DNA of 63,185 nt, counting the filler, from Choristocarpus tenellus KU-1152 (taxonomy: Eukaryota; Protista; Phaeophyceae): NCBI GenBank assembly GCA_964200185.2. It is 14 parts of 14 records of this genome, joined end to end, with 100 filler letters (N's around TTAATTAATTAA, not from the genome) between each part and the next. Parts side by side here need not be neighbours in the genome. Positions count along the whole stretch, not along the records: positions 35,488 to 42,384 come from CAXNAD020007120.1; positions 42,485 to 47,679 come from CAXNAD020011545.1; positions 47,780 to 50,807 come from CAXNAD020022838.1; 11 more parts are not named here. One strand, given 5' to 3'. The notes below the pieces were generated by a model that worked only from the letters and a program-made list of their open reading frames with translations, did no database searches and was not told the origin of the DNA. The first letter of the stretch is position 1. Each line of letters begins with the position of its first letter. The position numbers were made by a program, and so were the translations under genes. Shown here one piece after another: positions 35,729-48,780 of this stretch.

Positions 35729-38360
35729 TTGAAGCAGACCCTCGTTCTGAGGACAAGGTTTCATATCCCGAGGCAGGTGGCCCACCATTAGATGTACAGC
35801 CTTTTTTCATCTCGCTCGTTCACTTCATCCCTATCTGACGACTCTTCCTGTAGCGACGGAAGTGAGGACAGGTTTGTTCTGGGTGAGAGGTCATCCTTTG
35901 GCAACAAAGGAGACGGCTTGGCTAATGATCCTCCCCCTGGTGAAGTGAGTGTAGGTCAGATTATCAAGGATCTTACTGTTGACCCTTCCCCTGGTGATGG
36001 GGAGGGAGGTCAGGTTCACATGAGTCTGTCCAGAGACACTACTCGAGATGGTGAAGGGAGTGTAGGATATGTCTCATACTTGAGTTCATAGCACTTGCCT
36101 CTGGCAGGTGCTGACCCAACGGCTGTACTGCAGCTCGCCAGCTGGAAGACTTTCTTCCTAATCCAGTCCATGAACCTTGCGTTGAGTTGGGTAGGACTAG
36201 ACAGGAAACTCGTGCCAGAGTTGAAGGGACTTCAGGTGTTGGGGTAATGTGATGTCTCTTGTTGCTAGTCTAGAGTGGAAACATGTTGCTTATGCCTTGG
36301 CTGTACAGCTCACACCTGAGTCAGTGTTGATGAGTACCCCCTGCATGGTCGTCTTGCTTCAGAGCTGGGACCAGCCCCCCAATCTTATGCTGAGGCTCAA
36401 AATCTGAATACTGACCAGTATGGGAAGAGGCCATGTCTAAGGAGTTCGATGGTTTGTTGGACACAGGTAACTTTAGTGTTGCAGACGCACCTCTAGGTCG
36501 TAAAGTCATTGGTTCCAAGAGGGTGTTCAAGTGGTAGAGTGACTCTTTTTGGAATGTTTAATGGGGCTAAGGCTAGGTTAGTAGTAGCTCAGAGTTTTGG
36601 TCAGGAGTATGGTCTTGATTATTTCGAGACCTCTGCCCCCACTCATTCCCCCTCATCAGTTAGACCGATGGCCAGTATGGCATGTGAGTTGAACATGAGA
36701 TTGCGGCACCTAGATGTGGATCAGGTATTTGTTCAATCTGACTTGGATGAGGAAGTGTACATGCGCCTCGGACAGGGATGTGGAGATCTTTCTTATACGA
36801 CCGTACACCTTCACAGGTCTCTGAATGCCTTAAAGCAAGTCTCAAGGACTTGGAATACCTAGCTGTTTGCACCCTTAAGCGCAATGGTTTTGAGCAGTGT
36901 CTGATTGACCCCTGTATATATAGACTCGGGAAGGATGGTGTTGTCAAGATGATGCTTGCCGTTCATGTAGATGATATGATGATTTTGGCGTCTGGTGATG
37001 ATTGCAATGATCTTTGTGCCTCCCTGCATGAAGAGTTCCCCACCAAAAATCATGGCTTATTGTCTCAGTTTTCTGGTTGCACTTATACACAAGAGATTGG
37101 AAGCGAGGTACCCTCTCCATTACCCAGACTAAGAGTCAAATTATCTTAGAGGGTAGAGCCACGTCTGTTTGGAGGATAAAAGCCAAACTTGCGATTTTGA
37201 TGGAATTTTGGTCGTCGTGTTTCTTAGGACATGTCAATATCCTTGTTCCAGACACACCGTTTCAATACATACACATTTCACCTCTGAAACATTTCGGAGT
37301 AGGAGAATGTCATAAAAAAAAACTGTGGGAAGCCAAGCCCCAAACAGAAAAACAGGGCAAAACTCGTACCCTCTAAGATACGTTCACTCCAACTACATTA
37401 ACAACTTGTGTAAACGTGTTTCCATCCAATCAACCACTCCTATCCCTGCAACTCCTTCCAGAAAGCTTGGAATTAGGGGGGGGGACAATATCTCAAAGGA
37501 TTTTCGCTTGCGGGAGGCGATTGGAGGGTTGATGTAGGTCAGCAACATGACTAGGCCAGATGTGGCTAATGCAATAAGAGCTGTCGCCCATTATTTGCAT
37601 GCTCCGAGCCATGTACATTGGAGAGCTGTGACCGAGATCCTCAAGTACCTCAAAGGGACTCAAGAGTTGGGCTAACCTAGCGGAAAGGTACAGGATTGGA
37701 CTTGATGACCTCCGCTGATGCGGAATTTGCCAATGAGACTTTTGACAGAAGTTCTGTATTGACGGAGGTAGTGATGTGGGGAGGGGCAGCAGTTTATTGG
37801 CTTTCTAGGACCCAACGTATCATAGTACAGTCGACTGCAGAGGCAGAGTACATAGCCATGGGGGACTGTGTGAAGGAGTTGTTATTCGTGCGAGGTGTGT
37901 TGGAGTTCTTTCTGCGTCGTGTTATGAAGTGTATGAGGACAACACAGGAGCCATCCATTTGGCTAACAACCCTTGGAGTTCTAGCAGGACTAAGCACATT
38001 GCGACATCATTTGCTAAGGGACTTGGTAGCCAATGGACGAATAAGGATTGTTCATGTTACCTCAGATGAGCAGCATGCAGATGTGTTGACCAAGCCTCTA
38101 GCAGAAGAATCTTTTGGAGGCATGCAGGGGCTTTGCTGAGATTAGACTACGTTTAGTGGTTTGTTTCTTGCTGAAATTGAGTTTCTTTGTGTTTGTTTGG
38201 ATTTCCTTTTTGTCAGTGAGTTCAATAGATGGTTGTGCTCTTGTCATACAGGACTGACCCTGAGGAGCCTCCTAGTATCCATAACTGTACCTTGTCAATT
38301 CTCAAGAGTTGTTTGAGCTAGGGAGGGTGTTAGATTAGACTCTTCCAACTCTATAGGACA
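35729..38360 (+). mobile_element. Decayed Ty1/copia LTR retrotransposon (RT, RNase H, PPT, start of 3' LTR)
   Basis: RT motifs: PQSYAEA, WEEAMSKEFDGL, KARLV, GLDYFETSAP, HLDVDQVFVQSDLDEEVYM, SLNALKQ, DPCIY, AVHVDDM, TRPDVA. RNase H motifs: QSTAEAEYIA, HADVLTKPL. A purine tract AGGGAGGG is followed by TG at 38328. Many stops and frameshifts. Confidence 0.93.
37133..37389. mobile_element. MITE family A nested in the copia RT
   Basis: Both TIRs are present with flanks TAA/CAA. Removing the element and one 3-bp copy restores the local frame ITQTNYINN. Confidence 0.92.
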
Positions 38361-39369
38361 GTTCTGGTAAAATATATTTGGAGTGAGAGAACAATCATTA
38401 GCGATTACGTTTGATCAGAACCTTTTATCAGTCATTAGTTATATGAGAACATTTCTCATATAAAAGGGAATATTTCTGATTTTAATGGGTGCTGCATGCC
38501 CCACTTAGAAACATTAATAAATCACCCTACAGATATCAAGCAATCTCTCTGGGTTTACCACCTTTATTATTTTTTGAATGCTTGGGCGATACTTTAACAG
38601 CAACTTGATCCCACTGCATAGGGCATCGTTGTATCTGTACAATGCAGTCATCTGAACTTGATGTGATATGCTATATGTACTATACTGTGCAGTACTGAGA
38701 GACAAAAGACTGCTATACTGTGTGCTGGTCTCAAGTAGCTTTGTGCCTTTGTCGTATTTTGCTTAACTTTAGGCATGGCTTTTTGGGAAACCCGTTGGCC
38801 AAGTAGTGAAAACAACAGCAAGTTTGCTCGATGTAAGGGAGAATTGGAAGGAAAACGCCGAAACCTCTTTTATAGCCTGAAAAGTTGTAACAAACCTATT
38901 TGCTCTCTCTAATATCCCTTTTTCTCTTATATCGACCTCACTTACATAGGTACACCCTTGTAACGAAAAAATGTTCTCAAGTCAAACTTACAACTTCATC
39001 TATAGAAATATTATAAATATGAGTGAATTGGAAAAGATTGAAAATTGGGTTAAAATGCGAAACGGTAAAAAACTGCGTACCTCTCGTTCTCTTTGCCCCT
39101 CAATCGTCTATGGTGATGTGGTGACGTGTTATTGCAAAAGCAGATGTATTGTTTCCTTCTTTTGATGCTGCTAATCTCAGATAGATACCCCTCATCCCAG
39201 ACCCCCACCATATTCCAATACAGCACAACAAATTGTGATGTTCCTTTCATAAATATATTTAGACAAAATATTGTTACAGCAAAAGAAAATGTTGAGTAGT
39301 ATGTAGTATATTTTGTGTTACGTCATAGCGTATGATACAATAAAAAAGGCAACACTCCAATCCAAAACA

Positions 39370-40200
39370 AAAACATGTGGACACCAGACAGGCCCCTCCT
39401 GCCCTGGGGCAGGAGGAAAGGTTCGCCAACACACACCGATGGTGAAGCGTCTGAGGTAACTATGCAAAGAAATAGGCATCCCTTGCACTATGGAGGATGG
39501 CAGCCCATTCACTATAGACAGGAATTTCCACATGGATCTGGTCTTCCATGCTGGTGCACCTGCGGACGCTGGATCAGCTCCCTACAGAGACAAAGGCCTT
39601 CTCCTGGACGTTACGTTTGCTGAAGTGCAGGCAGCATCTCACCTGCTACAATCATCCACCAGCAATGGTGTAGCTGCTGCTGCAGCTGAGGTGTGAAAGC
39701 GCACCCACTATAAGGGCTCTTCTGATCCTCGTAGTTATAACCTGAACACATTTGCAGTGGAACGTTTTGGGCGCCTTGGTAAGCAAGCAGAACGTTTCCT
39801 GGATGAGCTAGCTACATACGGGGTAGGGGGGAGAGGAACTGGAGGCTACAGCAGGAAAGGGGCGGTCAAATCCAAATAGTCTCTATAACAACGCAGGTGG
39901 TTCTGTCCAGATGTGTCATGCGTTTTAAGCTGGAGACGCCACGAAAATGGGCAAGGAGGGGCTTGTTAGATTCTTGGGATTCTTCCCTAGCTCCTCACCC
40001 TGAGGTGCAGGAATAGCTAGGTTGGAGGCACAGGAAGCAGGTGGTACAGCATAGCTGGTAGTAAAATAGCTAATATTCAATGTTTTTCACATTTTTGACA
40101 ACTGTTACTTTTTTAGAGATTTTTCTGACATGTGAATAGTTTTCATTGGTTTTTCACCTAACACATCTGCAAAATGCCAGAGGGTATAATAATTATAACA
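39370..40200 (+). mobile_element. 5'-truncated non-LTR retrotransposon with restriction-like endonuclease (CRE/R2-superfamily type)
   Basis: Cys/His knuckle remnant, then MDLVF..KGLLLDVTFA..AAAAAEV*KRTHY..FAVERFGRLGKQAERFLDELA (RLE C-terminus), a 3' UTR and a TAA-rich end. Homologous to 56945-58115. Confidence 0.8.
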
Positions 40201-41546
40201 AATACAACACTCTTCTATGCCCATAACATTCTAGACTGAATGTTTGGCGAAATACTAATACAAGGTGTTAACATAGTTTTCTAAAAGTGTTACTTTATCC
40301 ATCGTGTCCAAATCATATATTACAAACCGGAGTAGATTGCTAAGAAAACAAAAAAGAACACCCCAAATTTCACAGGATAAGAACATTGCTGAATGGGTAT
40401 TAGTATACCTCAATACCTATCCATCCCCCTCAAAAGAAAGCAAAAAGGGAACTTGTACAGGTGAGCATCGAAGTATTGTCTGACGGTTGTATTATGGTGA
40501 AAAAATATGAAGAGTACTTCCAAAATGCTATTGTCAACAATCTGCTTTCAAATGTATTATCTGCACCTGTCGAAAAACGTAGTAGGAACAGGCGATATTA
40601 GATATCTTGCTTTGCCCACGAATTCTGGACTAAAGAATTAACCGCTCTTGACATCATCCACTCCTCTTCTTATTGACTGACATCACAGCACTCACTCCAA
40701 ACCACATCAATGTTGCACCACTACCTTCCTACCAAACGAGTCCATCCCCCACCACCTTGTTACTACCCTAACTATTTGGTCCAACCGCATATCCACTCTT
40801 CAAACCACTGTTTCCGATTCCCACGTATCCCATAAAAACCTTTGCAGCACATTTTTGTTTTATCCACTCAGAGGGCAATGGGGCCACTTTCAGCGCATCG
40901 ACTCACACATAAATGCAGCGAATTTCGGCGCATCAATTCTCAAACCAATCCTCTCAATCCTCTCAAATCGCTCGACCACCATCCATGATACTCCACGTTC
41001 GTCCAAGAACAACCCACAATAATCCAAAACACTCCATCTCCATCCACTCCCCTACCGTACCTTTGAACTAGAAGACATCTACCTCCCCATCATCCCACCC
41101 AGTTGTGATCAACCAAGAGGGTGGGCGGGTGGAGAAAGGTTGTTCAGTACTTGCCTTGAGGTTACACTGCCCTAGTCCTCCTTCCCAAACCTTTCCTCTG
41201 TCCTTCTATTCTGACCACTCTCTTCTTGAGTTTTCATATCAAAGCCACTCATTCTATATTAATGTTCCCCATTCTCACATCTACCTTCAAGCCACCTAAT
41301 CTTTTTTTATTTTCTTCCACCTCTCTAAATTATAATTTTCCCCATCAGAACGCCACCTGTTTTACTTATCTAACATAGCGAATTCTCTCCCAAACAAAAC
41401 CTCTAGTTGCTTCATACCTTTGGCTTACATTCTCTCTAGAAAAGCACAATAACTGCCGTGATACTTGTTACGAATTGGAGTACAAGTAGAAAATTGTTTA
41501 CGCCCTTTGTGACCACTACCGTATTAGTAAAAGCAATTGATGTTTA

Positions 41547-41790
41547 GAGTCAAAGTGTCTTAAAGGGTAGAGCCACGTCCGTTTGAGGACCAAAATCTAA
41601 TGTTGCGATTTTGATGTAATTTTGACTATCGTGTTTGTTAGGAATTGTTAAAATCCTTGTTCCGCATACACCATTTTATATCATGTGTGATATGTTTTGG
41701 AGTAGGAAAGTGTAATAAAAAACCCGTGGGAAGCCAAGCCCCAATCGAACAAATTGGGCAAAACTAGTACCCTCTTAGATACGTTCACTC
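41547..41790. mobile_element. MITE family A, full copy
   Basis: Both TIRs (diverged); flanks TTA/TGA. Confidence 0.88.
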
Positions 41791-44009
41791 TGAATTAGCT
41801 TTCAAGGCACAATGATTGTCCCAAGATTAAAGGAAACAAACAAAAAAGTTCCTTTTGGTTCATAACAAAATTTCCATAATTTATGGTGTTGAGTTTCCTT
41901 CTTTTCTTAGGATTAAATTTAGATTATTGTCAAACATTCCCTTGGTGCATATATATATATATATATATGTTGTATTGATCCACTAAGGACATGACTTAAT
42001 GATGGTAATGTAAAGTCTTTGAAGTAATATTATGACCCATGCAAATTCGATAGTTTTTTTCTACTAATAAAAACATAGTCAAATACAATAGTTTACCCTA
42101 TTTTGGGCCAAATAATAAGAACCAAATTCAAGATATTCAATTTTGTACCGCTTTTTTCGACATGCGCAAAAAAATAGGCCCTTGTACCGGAATTTTCGTG
42201 TTAGGGCGATTTGGCACAAAATCCCAGAGATATTCACGCGAGAGTGGAGCGCGCGTAATAAAATCCTCGCGAAAAGTGCCCTTCTTCCTGAGTCATGCTA
42301 CCATACAGCAGTACGGTACGTTCCTGGTAGGTGAATAAAGTGGAAGCCATGCCTTGTGCAGCGGGAAACCTCTGCAAGATGCCTNNNNNNNNNNNNNNNN
42401 NNNNNNNNNNNNNNNNNNNNNNNNNNNNTTAATTAATTAANNNNNNNNNNNNNNNNNNNNNNNNNNNNNNNNNNNNNNNNNNNNCATTGCATCAAAATCG
42501 TAACATTGGATTTTGACCCCCAAATGGACGCGGCTTTACCCTCTAAGATACTTTGGCTCGTTGTCTTGTTCCAGGGACCACTATCACACTAATAGGGCTC
42601 TGGTGACATACAGCTCATAGGGATGTGCTACACAGTACTTAATGTATCACTTTCAATGGCACAAGTCAATGGAGGTGCTCTATTGGTCAATTGCATCATG
42701 ATCCAGTGAGCCCTATCACAATATCTTCCAATAAAGTCAAACCTACACGATAGAGGTGGTACTAGAGCTGGCTCTCGTTGGATCACCTGGATGTACATGT
42801 CGTTTATTTTTTTTTTTTATTGTTCTTGCTTGTGTTCAGGAATTGGAGCCCCCATCGAAACTCAAGGACCTTTTTTCCCCTAGGAATTGGACTTTAGCAC
42901 CATTGCTGGTGTATCCTGGAACTGTTAGGAACTGTTCAAAAAATTTCTGGCCGTGTTCAAATTTCTTTACCTCATAGGGTTTTTTTTTTCACTTTGTCCA
43001 CTTTACTTTCCTCTATGTTACCTCGGACTGTGCATATTAAGATGGGAGTCACATATATTAGCAGAAATTGTAATGAGCTCTATGATATTCATATGTGGAG
43101 TTTGGCAGGTCGTTATTCAGTATTTCAGTAATTCAGTACTCTAGGAGGATCAGTATCCTAGGAGGTCTTTGTTGCATTGTTCAGGCATAATCGGTTTAAA
43201 AATAATATAGGTAACTAATTGGCTACCCACCAATATACAAGAATTCATTTCGAAACATCCCAACTATTGGAGTCAGCTCATTATCTTCCCACGGGTTTTT
43301 TTATGACATTTTCCTACTTTGAAAATGTTTCGGAGTAGATAGAATGTATACGTTATGAAAAAGTGTGTCTGGAAAAAAGATATTTACACGTATAAACACG
43401 ATAGCCAAAATTACACCAAATTCGCAACATTGGACTATGGCCCCCAAACGGATGCGGCGCTATCGTCTAAGGTACTTTGACTCTACCAAAAATGTGTCTG
43501 CAGGAAGGTTTCACTTTTGATTTCCTATTGTTGGTGTTATTTTGCATTAGGAGTTAGCATGAAGAGACGCCTAGCCTTCACACTCATGGGAGAATGTATA
43601 TATTAATAGGGAAGTTACTAATATATCGGTAGAAGATGGGAATGGATGCTGATGCAACAATGACATGAGGAGTTCGGCAGATTGTCATATTCAATACTTC
43701 GGTATTTTGGAAGAATTGGCATTCTAGGAGGAGTTCAATCTGACTATTCTGGTAGGGGTCATTGTGTTGTGTTATTCGGGGGTTTGTTTCGTTAAAAAAA
43801 ATATAGGCAACAAATTTCGTCCCCAAAGATAAACAATTATTCACTTCAAAATGTCAGCCACCTCATCACCATACTCTATGCGTGGGTCATCGTGCAAGCC
43901 ACAGAATTTGTCTCGATATTCTCCTCTACTATAAACTGAAATATTCGGAACGCAAACTAACCACAGTTTGAAAAATAGAAGTTGTACGAGTACATTTTAC
44001 TCAGTCATT

Positions 44010-44268
44010 GAGTGCAAGTATCTTAGAGGGTACGAGTTTTCCCCTGTTTGTCCCTTTGGTGCTTGGCTTCCCATGGGGTTCTTTATGGCATTTTACAACT
44101 CCAAAGTGTTTTGGAGTAGGTAAAATGTACACGTTATGAAAAGATGTGCCTGGAACAAGGATATTGACACTTCCTAACAAACAGAATAGTCAAAACTACA
44201 TCAAAATCGCAACATTGGATTTTGTCCCCCAAATGGACACCTCTCTACCCTCTAAGATACTTTGGCTC
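44010..44268. mobile_element. MITE family A, full copy
   Basis: Both TIRs; flanks ATT/ATT (3-bp TSD). Confidence 0.9.
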
Positions 44269-44407
44269 ATTCAATCGATGAAGAATATAGAAGAACACGA
44301 TCTTCAAGAGGATGAGGTGTTTTTCCCTCTCACCTCACTACATTGCCTTATGATTCACTCATGCATCTGCACGATGATTCACCCTCTTCTCCATTCCATA
44401 CACCTAC

Positions 44408-47400
44408 CTTGTAGGCTTTGGCCAGGTACAACAGAGCAGAGGCAGAGGAGTTGGATAGACCAACCACTCTCCTGAGATCCACTAATGCCTCAGTAGCCCT
44501 TCCTTCCTGTATAGGGGAGGCAAAACAAAAATATTTCTATTGTGGAGAGATACATGCGGCCCTCAGAAAAGGATATGGTAGATTGAGTTAGACAAAGAAA
44601 ATCAGGATTATCAGGTACTCTGGATTGTGCCAAACATCTCCATAGCACTTGAGATCCACTTGCACAGTCATAATACACATTCAATAGTATCATTTGATGT
44701 AACCCTGAAGGCATGTGTGTGGTTTTAGAGCATACACGAACACAAGATTCGGAAACCCAGAATAGCCAGGAGGAAGGGATCAACAACAGCCCCCTCTAAG
44801 ATCCTTGATGAATCAATCACCCCCCACCCTTCCTCCTACCCAATTCCCATATATTTACTCTTCTGTCTGCTTCCTGCAGATATATGTGTGTGTGTGTGTG
44901 TGTGTGTATGTTTGTGTGTGTATGTGTGTGCGCGCGCGTGTGATTAGATCTCTATAAGGAGCTATTTCCTCCTTCTTCTTAGGGTTAACTCAGCAGATAA
45001 GTTCAAAGTAGGGGCATAAGTAAAGTGGGCAAGGTACAGATTGACCAGTGGCTGCACACCTCGAAAAGACACACTCCCTTTCCATGGAGGCTGCGCAGTG
45101 CCAAAACTTTATCTCCAATAGCCGATCTCGCCAGGCATGCTTCATAGGACTGAACAGCAAGGCCCGGCCTTTGGCAAAGGGGTTTATGAGGTGTTTAAAC
45201 GGATCATAATATTCTTAGTTTGACATTGTCTCCACTCTTTGATGTGAGCATACTCCTCCTTCACATCAAATACAGAACAAGCTCTTGGGATAGTAAAAAT
45301 ACAGGCAATGGGATTAATTGTGATACATGGTTCAGCGATGTGCTCTGAAGCAATCCTACTTGCAATAGATAATATCAAGGCAATGTCAATGAGAAAAAAG
45401 AGGACAGCGAACATGGAGATGACTCTAAGCCAAAGTAATTTTAGAGGCATGCAAGGTTGTAATTTAAGAGTCCAAAGAAATGGCAACAAGATGTCATTTT
45501 GTACAATGGCAGAAAGAGCCTTTTCTTATTTGTGGTGTCAGTTTGTGTGTGGAAAGGGGGGATATCATTTTGTACACACTATTATGCACATGAAGCAATG
45601 AAATGGTGTGTACTGCATAGGGTAATAAAGATGACTTAGAATGCAATTGGCCCAAAATTGCCCACCTATCAATTAATTTGGCTCTCTTGGTGTAAAAGTG
45701 CCCAGGAAAATGCATGGAACTCACACACACGGCAAGAATAATACCACACAAGAGCAATCAAGGTACACTCCTTGGATTTCAAGATCTTCTGCTTAAATTT
45801 TGGATGGATGGATTGTTAGCATTTAAGGTTACCCTAGGAGGTGAGATGATGTATGATGAGATGTACACGATATCTGAGTACTTGGGAGCTTCATTTATCC
45901 CACAGCCCCTTTCTGTGAGAGTTGTCTGATGAGGCTCTCCACTCTGTGGCTCCTTCAGTCTTTGCTTGCCATTGTTTGCTTTAACACAAAACACCTCGAG
46001 GAGGAGCTGTCACTAACCCATCTCCTACATGAGTGCTTTTGAGAATGCTCCGCACATAACAATTTTCAAGGTGAGTTGAAGTATCTTAGAGGGTAGAGCC
46101 GTGTCGATTTGGGCGCCAAAATCCAATGTTTCAATTTTGATATGATTTTGGCTATCATGTTTGTTTGGAGACGTCAATATCCTTTTTCCGGACACTCCTT
46201 TTCATAAAGTATACATTTTACCCACTCCGAAAAATTTAGGAGTAGGTAAGATGTCATTATAAACCCGTAGGAAGTCAAGCCCCAAATGGACAACAGGGAA
46301 AAACTTGTACCCTCTAAGATACTTTCAGTCAGGTTGCTCTTCTGTGCAGACTATGTCTCCAGCATTGAGGAGGTGGGGACATATATGGTTGACAAGAAAA
46401 AAATGTGACAGCCAAATGAATGCATTGAGCCAATTAGACTGCTACAGCACCCCCTGACCCTTGAGTATTTACATTGCTCCGGGCTGGAGTGAGCAGGAGC
46501 GCAGTCCAAGTGCGATTGTCAGCATCCTTAAAAATGCAACTCTGGGTACCTCTTGTTTACTTTGACTCTTTGCTGAGTAGGTCCCTCCAAAAATATTAAC
46601 ATTTCCTCAGCAGCTTCAGGATGCAGTATGCCCGAGATCTTTCAGTGCTGAATAAACAAAGTTTGCAGGTTCACAACCATGTGCAATGTGACGTAACTAG
46701 CAAGAAAATAGCAAAGATGCTGACTCTCACTTCTTCTACACCCAAATACGAAACATTCCATTGTATACTATGTGTCAGCTTTTTCACCTGACTAGCTGAT
46801 GTTGCAAAACACTGGCTCTTTGGTAGTGGTATGCTGCAACCTTTGGTCCCAGTTTGCAAGCCCTGGAGAAATCACTCAGTGCTGCTTCTGGCCTATTTAG
46901 TTTCAGCAGACAGAGCCCCCTGATCGTGACAACGTCCAACATGGTTAGGGAAAGATATTCCTTCCATAATTTATGCCTGTCTAGATACGATATTGAGTTG
47001 TGATATGTCCCACCCATCGTTTTTCCACACTGTTGACGACTACTTGCTTGGAGAAGCATTTCTTCCTGAGCTAAGAGTGTTTTAGCATGGAGTAGTACCT
47101 CATTTTTCCTCTGGTAATAGTCAGAACGTGAGAAGGCTCAAAGACTTCCGTGTGTGTGGAGCAAACCTGACTGTCAGTAGACCTTCAACCTAGACTACAC
47201 CCTTCCCTATTCATATCCCAACAACTCTCACACCCTAAATTCACCGTCAACCACAACAGGGAATTGCGTTGCAGATAGACAAACTGAGGTGTTTCTTCTG
47301 CTGGGTGCTCAAAGAGGTTGTATATATATGTGTAAGAAGTTGACCTGCACGAGAAGTATGATGCCTTTTTGTTGTCAATGCGTACAGCTGAAACGTAGTC

Positions 47401-47430
47401 ATGGTAGGCATCCAGATGCTGACCGAGGTC
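44408..47430 (-). CDS. Tetratricopeptide-repeat protein, 4 internal exons
   Basis: Exons 47430-47345, 46919-46788, 45168-45060 and 44506-44408 splice in frame (GT-AG). They give DLGQHLDAYHDYVSAVRIDNKKASYFSCRGLCLLKLNRPEAALSDFSRACKLGPKVAAYHYQRASVLQHQLVRPGLAVQSYEACLARSAIGDKVLALRSLHGKGVCLFEEGRATEALVDLRRVVGLSNSSASALLYLAKAYK, i.e. about 4 TPR units. Confidence 0.85.
46073..46330. mobile_element. MITE family A, full copy in a TPR gene intron
   Basis: Both TIRs; flanks AGGT/AGGT (4-bp TSD). Confidence 0.9.
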
Positions 47431-48232
47431 CTGCATAGGCAAAAAAAGTAATTATGTGCTTGTGTGCTCATGCTAAGTAGCGGTGGTATGCTTCCAATAC
47501 TACACCTTTCAAGTCGGGGGGCATTCGGGATAGTATGAGGTATTAAAGAGAAGCATAATATGAATAGTTCCAACGGGATTTTGTGATGACAGACGCAATA
47601 TTGGAGATTTACAACGGCTCAAATTATCTGGGAGGGGGTGGCGGCTGTCCATTTGGAGTCAATTTTTTCATATCACGATNNNNNNNNNNNNNNNNNNNNN
47701 NNNNNNNNNNNNNNNNNNNNNNNTTAATTAATTAANNNNNNNNNNNNNNNNNNNNNNNNNNNNNNNNNNNNNNNNNNNNCTAATTACTACAAAAACGATA
47801 TTGTACCACATCAATTCTGTGCCTCTTTTTTCGGGCATGCTTATGGGTGCACAAGATCGGGGTAGGTACCTGTACTCATTCGTTTCTTCTTGATACGATG
47901 AAGTATCACCAATCCACACTTGACTGTTGATTGGTTTTACTTATCGATACTTTTACTTGCATTCCTAGCTCATCATCACAACACATCAATAACCATCAGA
48001 ACATTGTAGTAGATGGTAAACATAAGATCAATCGATCTACATCACACACATTCGTGTCACTTGAGTTACATCTAATATTCATTTTGGTTTGTGTTGCTAA
48101 TTTGTTTCTTGTTTTTCTCTTTTTTGTTCTTCATAAAATACTCCACATACAAGTTTCTTTTTTTCTTGTTTGGCATTTGCCCCTCGTAAGACACGGAGGT
48201 CACTCTGCGTTAAGTTTACCTGATGCACACCT

Positions 48233-48780
48233 GGATGCCATATATACAGAGTTAAGACATCCACGGAAACCCTTGTCTGCCAAGGTAACAAGCCTCTTGT
48301 TAGAGCATGCACTTCTTCCTTTAAATGTATCAAGGAAGACCCCTGAATTCACATCATCTTCTGACTGAGTAAGCAATGACTTCAGTTTCAACAGAACAAA
48401 TTCACCGATGCTTTGCCGCACTGTGAGACCTCTTCGCATCACAAACTATCCATCGCACACGAAAACACGACTCAATCGATCCAGGTTTCAACAAAGTATA
48501 ACTCTACACAACAGGATGTCATATATTCAGAGTTAAAACATCTCCATAAACCCTTCTTCGCAAGGTGGCTAGTCTCTACTCAGAGCATGTACTTCTTCCT
48601 TTGAGAGTCTCAAGGAATACCAACTACTTTGCAACAAAGAACCTCTGTATATGAGCAGCTTGTCATTAGGTTAATCATAACAAATTCAACAATGCTTCAT
48701 TGTACCATGACAACCCTTCCCTACCAGCCTGTCACAGCACAAGAAGGCACGATCCAATGAATCCCAGGTTTCAACACAAT
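48233..48780. repeat. Old tandem duplication, two ~282-bp units
   Basis: ggatgccatatatacagagttaagacatcc (48233) matches ggatgtcatatattcagagttaaaacatct (48514); ccaggtttcaaca occurs at about 48481 and 48764. Confidence 0.75.
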
